From the NCBI GenBank assembly GCA_031285205.1, contig JAITWO010000002.1, positions 1 to 27,965 on the forward strand: DNA of 27,965 bases, written 5' to 3'. Made by a program: the position numbers and the translations under genes. Positions 7,557-13,937 of the stretch are shown piece by piece. This DNA comes from Methanomassiliicoccaceae archaeon (GTDB lineage Archaea; Thermoplasmatota; Thermoplasmata; Methanomassiliicoccales; Methanomethylophilaceae). How positions within the stretch are numbered: the stretch's first letter is position 1; each line of letters begins with the position of its first letter. The notes under the pieces were generated by a model that saw only the letters and a program-made list of their open reading frames with translations, had not been told where the DNA came from and did not search any database.

Positions 7557-8489
7557 TCAGCGCCTGCAGCAGCGCCTTCCCTTGACCGAATCGTAGTACC
7601 ATTTGTCGTACTTGTAGCAGATGACATCCTTCTTTACGTAAGATACATCCTCCTCCGCCCCGGACGAGCAGCATCCGGCCTCTGCCTCCTCCAGCGCATC
7701 CTTTACTTCCGCGATCACTTCTTTTATCCTTGCGGTGTTCGTTACCGTTGTCTTCTTGACCTCGGTGATCGTCGCCTCGACCTCGGCCATCAGGTCCTTT
7801 ATGCTCTCCATGAGCTCGCTGACCTTCGCCGCTTCCGTTATGTTCGCCTTTCTGACGATCGTTATGGTCTCTCTCACCTCGGCGATCACTTCTTTTATCT
7901 CAGTGTTATCGATCATCGCCGGCTCCGTCTCCTCGATCGGCTCCGTCTCAGGTTTGTTGACGCTCTTCTTGGGCTCCGCCTTCTTCTGCTCCCCGATCTT
8001 GGCGAACGGTTTGCCGCTTGTCACGATCTCCCTGATACGCTTGTCCTGCCTGAGCTTGAAGAATAACATGAATGTATCAAAGGCGTCGACCGATGCAAGG
8101 ATGTCATCGTCGAATGACTCCCTCTTCCACGCGCCGTATCTCCAGTCGACAGCGTGCGAGTGCCTCAGGTCGCCCTTCCTTCCGTCGTACTCATATGCAC
8201 CCGTTATCTCACCCACGTTCAGGAGCCTGTCGGAACCCGCCCCGGGGACTATTACCAGGTCACCCACTTTCACTTTCGAGGAGAATGCGCGTCCCTGCAC
8301 GGACATCGTCGTTATCGATCCGTCGGGCTCGTTGGGGTATGCTTTGGCCATCAGCGCCATGAGCTCCGGCATGTCCGTCTTACCCGTTAAATTCGCGTTC
8401 AGGTTGCCGATAAGGAATATCCTGTTCTGATCGGCGAACTTGCCCTCGTATTCTCCCTTCAATCCTGCCCTGCATAGCCAAACTGTCAT
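7557..8489 (-). CDS. Hypothetical protein: N-terminal beta-barrel-like domain, IKEVIAEV coiled-coil repeat, Cys-rich tail
   Basis: 310-aa ORF with GGGAGGA upstream of ATG 8489. The N-terminus (MTVWLCRAGLKGEYE...VGDLVIVPG...NVGEITGAYEYDG...HAVDW) resembles, from memory, the N-terminal module of some Mrr-type restriction endonucleases, but no nuclease motif follows. An 18-nt repeat gcgatcacttcttttatc at 7711-7728 and 7882-7899 encodes the duplicated IKEVIAEV. The tail is CCSSG...CYKYDKWYYDSVKGRRCCRR. Confidence 0.6.
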   Translation of the reverse strand: MTVWLCRAGLKGEYEGKFADQNRIFLIGNLNANLTGKTDMPELMALMAKAYPNEPDGSITTMSVQGRAFSSKVKVGDLVIVPGAGSDRLLNVGEITGAYEYDGRKGDLRHSHAVDWRYGAWKRESFDDDILASVDAFDTFMLFFKLRQDKRIREIVTSGKPFAKIGEQKKAEPKKSVNKPETEPIEETEPAMIDNTEIKEVIAEVRETITIVRKANITEAAKVSELMESIKDLMAEVEATITEVKKTTVTNTARIKEVIAEVKDALEEAEAGCCSSGAEEDVSYVKKDVICYKYDKWYYDSVKGRRCCRR

Positions 8490-8765
8490 TATTTTTTTCC
8501 TCCCTGTGGTCTATATATATGCACTGTCGACGCCTTATAAATTTATTTTGCCGTTAACGCATATTTTCACCCGTTTCTATGATGGTGCGAGCACAAAAAT
8601 ATGGTTTAACGTGCCCGGTGCACCGTGTCGTGTCGCGCCGGCACTCGGGAATTAAACGGTGAATACGGGGCCGTACACGGGGCCGTGGTCGGTGCCGTGT
8701 ATCTGCCGGACCGCATCCCGCACCGTACCGATGCGCCTTTGCGCGATGTGAAGAACGGGCATTCG

Positions 8766-10157
8766 ATGACAAATAATAAAACATATGACGTGATAGAGGA
8801 GTTAAGGTTCCCACAGATGGCCGCAGCAGTTATGGACGTCGTATTGCAGCTGTTCGTGCTGCTTATTCTTGCAAAGATCATCGGAGGGCTCTTTGAAAGA
8901 TTCCATATGCCGAAGCTGATCGGCGAGATCATTGCCGGTGTCATCTTCATCAATATATTCTTCGTATTCCCGCAGCCGTTCATAGACCTCCTCGGCTTCG
9001 GCGGGGGGCCAGGCGGCGACCTTGACTTCGATATAAGCTTCCTGGAGATCATGGGCGAGCTTGGGATAATATTCCTGCTCTTCGCGGTCGGCCTGGAGAC
9101 GCGGTTCAGCGATATCAAGAAGGTGGGCAAGACGGCGACCTACGTTGCTGTCCTGGGCGTTGCCATACCGTTCGCCGGCGGGATGCTCTTCCTGTTCTTC
9201 GATAATGTATCGTTTGAGATCGCCCTGCTCATCGGCACCGCCCTGTTCGGTACGAGCACTGCCGTCGGCGTCGAGTGCCTGAGGAGCCTTGACGCCATGA
9301 ACTCCAACGAAGCGAAGATCATCGTCAGCGCCACGATCATCGACGATATACTGTGCTTGACGCTTCTGGGCATAATCATGGGCGTCATCGACGGCGGCGG
9401 CACCGCCAAGATGATCATCAACATCATCATCATAACGGCTTTCATACTGTCCATGTTCTTCTTCATATCCAAGGTCAAGGCGCTTGCGACCCGCAGGAAG
9501 CATGTTGTCAATAAGATCAAGAGCATGAGGAAGAAGCCGGCGGAGGAAGGCGCAGAGGCGGCACCCGCGAAGAACATGAGCGAGTTCAGCGCCCTCGGAC
9601 TTGCGATCATCGTCTGCCTCGGACTTGCGGCATTATCGACTAGCATAGGGCTTGCGGCGATAGTGGGGGCGTTCCTTGCGGGAATGATGTTCGCCGAATT
9701 CAAGGACACCGTACCGGTGGAGCACAATTTCAATATAATCACTTATTTCATGCTGCCGTTCTTCTTCATATGGGTCGGAATGGGGGTGCATCTTGATGCA
9801 CTGATCAATGTCACCATCCTCGGGATGCTCGGGCTCATGATACTCATCGCCGTCATAACGAAGTATGTCGCCGGATATCTGGGGGCGAAGTCCGGGAAGC
9901 TCACCAGGGATCAGGCCCACCTCATAGGTGTGAGCTTCATCCCCCGAGGAGAGGTTGGCATCATCGTGGCCACGCTGGGGATCAGCCGTTTTGTCTTCGA
10001 TCCCATGCCGGAGATGTATTCGGTGATAATCCTCATGGCGATACTCACGTCAATAATGACGCCTCCGCTCATGACCCATGCATGGAAGAAGATACAGAAG
10101 TCGCAGACCGCGATATTCACTGAACTCTTCCCTGAAAAGGGCAAAGAGGATATGTGA
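8766..10157 (+). CDS. Cation:proton antiporter (CPA2/Kef-NapA type Na+/H+ or K+/H+ exchanger)
   Basis: I trim the start from the ORF-track 8625 to ATG 8766 (MTNNKTYDV...). The upstream 47 aa are non-hydrophobic and Arg/Gly/Val-rich, and the family normally begins near LLILAKIIGGLFERFHMPKLIGEIIAGVI. Many TM helices, plus the typical LGLETRF and FIPRGEVG motifs. Confidence 0.85.
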   Translation: MTNNKTYDVIEELRFPQMAAAVMDVVLQLFVLLILAKIIGGLFERFHMPKLIGEIIAGVIFINIFFVFPQPFIDLLGFGGGPGGDLDFDISFLEIMGELGIIFLLFAVGLETRFSDIKKVGKTATYVAVLGVAIPFAGGMLFLFFDNVSFEIALLIGTALFGTSTAVGVECLRSLDAMNSNEAKIIVSATIIDDILCLTLLGIIMGVIDGGGTAKMIINIIIITAFILSMFFFISKVKALATRRKHVVNKIKSMRKKPAEEGAEAAPAKNMSEFSALGLAIIVCLGLAALSTSIGLAAIVGAFLAGMMFAEFKDTVPVEHNFNIITYFMLPFFFIWVGMGVHLDALINVTILGMLGLMILIAVITKYVAGYLGAKSGKLTRDQAHLIGVSFIPRGEVGIIVATLGISRFVFDPMPEMYSVIILMAILTSIMTPPLMTHAWKKIQKSQTAIFTELFPEKGKEDM

Positions 10158-10210
10158 CGCCGCCTGAATGTCCCTTGTTATCTGAATTGAATGATGTATG
10201 AGGATCTGCT

Positions 10211-10831
10211 TTACTTCTCGACGCTGCGTGCGAGCTCCTTGACCTGAACGATGCATTCCTTTATCCTCTCGAGGCTTCCCGAACGTGTGTCCAGTTTCAG
10301 TTTCAGGCCATCGGCCATATCTTTCGCCTTCTGATGATAGAACTCATCGTTCCCTATCCCGGAGTTTATGAAAAGGCAACGTTGATACGATTCGAACATC
10401 AGGTCGAGGAAGTACTGCGGCTCGTACCCTTCCGCAGAGTCCAGGTGGAACTGTTCTATCAGCCCGGGAACTCCCTGTACCGCCCACCCGGGGGACGCGA
10501 ACCAAGTGAACACACATTTCTTCTTCTCTTCTTTCACGCCGTCGGGGCTCAGCAGGACCTCTATGCAGTCGGCACCGGGCAGCATGACCGCCGGGACCTT
10601 GAACACATCTGTCACGCCCTGAAGGGACTGACATGTTGCGTATCCCAGAAGCACCGCATCCACTTCGCTGTGCAATGCGTTCACCTTCTCGATTATCAGC
10701 TTCTTCATCTCCTCCGCATGCTCGTGCAATGCGAACTTCAGATAATCGCGGTGAACGAAGTCCGGATCATCCTTTGTCAAGAATTCTATCTCATCCTTCA
10801 AAACTTCGCATGCAACGATACCTATCCTCAT
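10211..10831 (-). CDS. DUF1638-like protein
   Basis: MRIGIVACEVLKDEIEFL at the N-terminus is typical of DUF1638 (recognised from memory). Start is set at ATG 10831 because it forms an ATGA overlap with the stop of the upstream gene (10828-10831). Confidence 0.55.
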   Translation of the reverse strand: MRIGIVACEVLKDEIEFLTKDDPDFVHRDYLKFALHEHAEEMKKLIIEKVNALHSEVDAVLLGYATCQSLQGVTDVFKVPAVMLPGADCIEVLLSPDGVKEEKKKCVFTWFASPGWAVQGVPGLIEQFHLDSAEGYEPQYFLDLMFESYQRCLFINSGIGNDEFYHQKAKDMADGLKLKLDTRSGSLERIKECIVQVKELARSVEK

Positions 10832-11178
10832 GTCTCGCCGCCTGTCCATTTTTCATCATAGATGACGGAATTGTGCTTCGCCTTCTTCGCGTGCCGCTCG
10901 GACAACATCTCATATTCCATCCACACCGCATGCACCACCGCATTCGTCACCAGGCATACGAACCCTATCGCCCCTCTTATCTCCGGGTCATTTAGTTTGC
11001 TTTTGTAAAAGTCGGTAACGTCGGTAACGGTCAGGCCTTTAAGCTTCTTACCAAAGTCCTGTATCTTCTCGCAATCCGAATCAATATGCACATCAACGCT
11101 TCCTTCTTCGTTCATCTCCGCTGTTATCACATGTGTCTTCTCACATGTGTTCATCTTCACCTTGATAATTGATGTCAT
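10828..11178 (-). CDS. Hypothetical small protein (116 aa)
   Basis: Start is set at ATG 11178, preceded by GGAGAGGGA (minus strand, 11181-11189). It is translationally coupled to the DUF1638 gene. No motif recognised. Confidence 0.5.
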   Translation of the reverse strand: MTSIIKVKMNTCEKTHVITAEMNEEGSVDVHIDSDCEKIQDFGKKLKGLTVTDVTDFYKSKLNDPEIRGAIGFVCLVTNAVVHAVWMEYEMLSERHAKKAKHNSVIYDEKWTGGET

Positions 11179-11309
11179 TCTCCCTCTCCGTGCCTGATCT
11201 GCGCTCATATCGAATATTATCTATATATTGTCTGCTGTCCTGCCCGTTCTGACAGCGGATGTTCCTGCTGTGCCGTTGTGCATGATATCACGATGATCTT
11301 ACAAAAAGT

Positions 11310-11319
11310 GATTTAACAA
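11310..11319 (+). promoter_or_regulatory. TATA-like box GATTTAACAA, 30 nt upstream of the paralog-A ATG
   Basis: The same box and the same spacing occur upstream of paralog B (13908-13917). No Shine-Dalgarno sequence lies between box and ATG. The geometry fits a leaderless or near-leaderless archaeal mRNA. Confidence 0.4.
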
Positions 11320-11339
11320 CTGATATCATACAGGGCACC

Positions 11340-13853
11340 ATGGGTTACACAGAAGTCCCTGACACAGGGAAGATATTGGAGATCGCTAAGAAATATTATG
11401 AATGGGCGGAGCCGATGATCAAGGCCGGCAGGCCCCAGTTCAATAAGGCGGTCAACTGGAGCCCGAAGTTCGACGGTAAAAAGAAAGATCATAGGAAGGC
11501 CTCCTCCTTATCGTGCGATACCGCCATGGTGGGAACGCTCGGAGGGATGGGCACCATGACTGTGGCCCTGGCGTGCGCCGCGTTCGACCTGGCCTTCGAT
11601 ACCGTCAAGATATCGCAGAACCTTGGCTGCGCCATTGCGATATTCTGCGACAATAACGATGACCCTGACATCATCGCCAAAGAGAAGGAGATATACGAGG
11701 ATGCGGTGACGGTCCTTATCTATGCCCTCTCCCTATCAATGGTCGGTAGCATTCACACCGAAGCAAGCCTCGGTCCGCTTGTCGCCCTCGGCAATTTGTA
11801 TATGGATATGGAGAGGTACGAAGAGGCTAAGGAATTGTTCATGACCGCGCGCCGGATAGACGAATTGTACATGCCCGCACTGAACGGCCTCGCAGCATAC
11901 TACAAAGCAACGAACAAACCTCAGTTCGCCGTCATGATTAAGACCGCCGCGAAGAGCAACCCGACCACTCTCGGGAAGTCCCTGAACAAGATCGGTGAGA
12001 ACAACAAGAAGGCGGAAAAGATATTCAGAGAGGGGGCGGCCGCCAGTGACGAGGAACTTGAGAAAGAGATCGACAAGGCAGAGGAGATAGAGGCTCCCAA
12101 TTACGGGGACATCTTTGACGGCGTCGACCCGAAGAACGCCGAGAAGATGCGGAAGAACAGGAAGGATCTCAACAACAGGATGAAGATCAAGATCCCGAAC
12201 ATACACATACTCACTGCGTTCACGGACATCAACAAAGATAATCAAATCTCCGTCAAATGCGCCGCCGAAGCAGTATCTGATGAGCTCAAGCACCTGCAGA
12301 AATATATCAAGGCGTTATCTAGAGGGAGCGGGAACACGGCCGCGGACGCATTTGAGAATACCGGGATAGGTGATTTCAAGTTCATGGGCATGGACTTCCA
12401 TGAATTTATCAGGGATGCATCGAACAACCCTGCGAAATATGAGAACATGGATACTCGGGATGAGGTCCACCTCCGGACCGACAATCTGGACAAGTACATA
12501 AAAGAACTGAAGGACGGCCTCGGCGAGATAACTGCCGCCCGTCACGGCATGGAAGGAGGGGACAGATTCGGCAGAAAGTTCTCAAGGGCCGCCGCCAAGG
12601 CGAACCTGCTGTTATTCCCTTTCTCTCTGGACCCGTTGAAGTACGCCAATATGTGGGATGTGTTCATACAGCAGTGCAATATCCCGTTATATATCAAAAA
12701 GAAGGCCCTATTGGATGCATATATGATGGGCGTGATGAGAAAATCAAATGAAACGATAACGGACATACAGAGGAACTTTTCCAGAGAGTACGCGGAGATC
12801 CATGAGGCATACGACGCAAAGATGGAAGACCTTAAGGAAAGGTACGACAGAGAGGTGAAGGCATGCGGAGACAATTCTGGTTGCACTTCAGCGGCGGCCA
12901 AACGATATGAACTGAACCTGCACAAACTGCATCTGGAATATTATCCGCAGCTGAACCAGTGCACGAAGAGATACTGGCTCGAGGGAACGGCATGCGCCGC
13001 CATAATGTACGGGAAACTGGAAAGGAACATACCACGGATGTACAAGGAAGTGATGAAACATCTTGTGTACATCTCCGATGAGAAGGTGCGGGCCGAACAG
13101 GAGGACATGCTCGTTGGGGGCATAGCGTCAACCCTCACACATGCCATCGGCCTGGTGCTGAGTACGTACGGCGGAGGGGAGATACTAAGGATAGAGATGT
13201 GCGGATGCGACCCCGAAAGGATGGAACAGCTTACCAAGGAGCTGCAGAAAGAGAAGGAGGAGAAGGATGCCGAGATGCAGCAACGTCAGAAGGCGGCGGA
13301 GAACGCCTTTAAGAACGGCATCATAGATGAAAACTCCTCGTACTACAAGGACTATGTCAAAAAGTGGGAGTATGAGATCGACCTGGTCATTTTCAAATAC
13401 AGGTCCAATGATTATTTCACGACCGGGGATGTGAGCATCCCGACCCCGGTCGGCTCCATTGACGCTTCATCGTTCAGGAACAACATCACACAGGAGTCCA
13501 GAGTCAGTGCGGACGTTACGATCGGCGGGGAGATCGGGCCGGTGGAGCTCAAGGCCACTTTCGGGATCTCCGTCGCATGGGACGCGAACGGAAGGATGCA
13601 CCCGGAGGGATTCGACTTGCGGGCCGGACTTGAGGCGTCGACGGGCGTGGGTCCGCTGTCGGCCACGGCAGGCGTCTCGGCGTCCCTGGAGAGAGGCACG
13701 AAGGTGTATGGCGAGGTAACGTTAAGCGGGAACGATTATATCGATGAGATGAAGGAGCGGGCATTAGGGGAGGAGTTCGGAGGGCTGGCCCCCGAAATGG
13801 ACAACACCATCAAGCTGTGGACGGGGGACTACGTGATCACAGACAAGAATTAA
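11340..13853 (+). CDS. Large orphan protein, paralog A (837 aa): helical/TPR-like N-terminal part, coiled coil, beta-rich C-terminus
   Basis: Long ORF, collinear with 13938..16760. In the conserved block 13038-13118 versus 15678-15758 (MYKEVMKHLVYISDEKVRAEQED[M/I]LVG) I count 11 synonymous and 1 non-synonymous differences in 27 codons, which indicates purifying selection. TPR-like segment LVALGNLYMDMERYEEAKELFMTARRID. No catalytic, TM or signal motif recognised. Confidence 0.8.
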   Translation: MGYTEVPDTGKILEIAKKYYEWAEPMIKAGRPQFNKAVNWSPKFDGKKKDHRKASSLSCDTAMVGTLGGMGTMTVALACAAFDLAFDTVKISQNLGCAIAIFCDNNDDPDIIAKEKEIYEDAVTVLIYALSLSMVGSIHTEASLGPLVALGNLYMDMERYEEAKELFMTARRIDELYMPALNGLAAYYKATNKPQFAVMIKTAAKSNPTTLGKSLNKIGENNKKAEKIFREGAAASDEELEKEIDKAEEIEAPNYGDIFDGVDPKNAEKMRKNRKDLNNRMKIKIPNIHILTAFTDINKDNQISVKCAAEAVSDELKHLQKYIKALSRGSGNTAADAFENTGIGDFKFMGMDFHEFIRDASNNPAKYENMDTRDEVHLRTDNLDKYIKELKDGLGEITAARHGMEGGDRFGRKFSRAAAKANLLLFPFSLDPLKYANMWDVFIQQCNIPLYIKKKALLDAYMMGVMRKSNETITDIQRNFSREYAEIHEAYDAKMEDLKERYDREVKACGDNSGCTSAAAKRYELNLHKLHLEYYPQLNQCTKRYWLEGTACAAIMYGKLERNIPRMYKEVMKHLVYISDEKVRAEQEDMLVGGIASTLTHAIGLVLSTYGGGEILRIEMCGCDPERMEQLTKELQKEKEEKDAEMQQRQKAAENAFKNGIIDENSSYYKDYVKKWEYEIDLVIFKYRSNDYFTTGDVSIPTPVGSIDASSFRNNITQESRVSADVTIGGEIGPVELKATFGISVAWDANGRMHPEGFDLRAGLEASTGVGPLSATAGVSASLERGTKVYGEVTLSGNDYIDEMKERALGEEFGGLAPEMDNTIKLWTGDYVITDKN

Positions 13854-13907
13854 TGATGCTGCCTCGCATTGATCGTTTCGGGACCCCGGTGGTGAGGTGC
13901 GAGAAGG

Positions 13908-13917
13908 GATTTAAGAA
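13908..13917 (+). promoter_or_regulatory. TATA-like box GATTTAAGAA, 30 nt upstream of the paralog-B ATG
   Basis: Identical position and near-identical sequence to 11310-11319. This implies that paralog B has its own promoter within the 84-nt spacer. Confidence 0.4.
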
Positions 13918-13937
13918 GAGAGCATATATAGAAGATC

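Noticed and set aside
8625-8765. N-terminal 47-aa extension of the antiporter ORF
   Set aside because: The extension (MSCRAGTRELNGEYGAVHGAVVG...) is non-hydrophobic and unlike CPA2 N-termini. ATG 8766 gives a normal start just before the first TM helix.
6959-9742. Antisense ORFs 6959..7627(-), 7735..8430(+), 8606..9130(-), 8802..9503(-) and 9140..9742(-)
   Set aside because: They overlap the permease, the 310-aa protein and the antiporter, whose frames give coherent TM helices or conserved motifs. The antisense translations are compositionally odd (Ser/Thr/Ile or Asp/Glu runs) and lack ribosome-binding sites.
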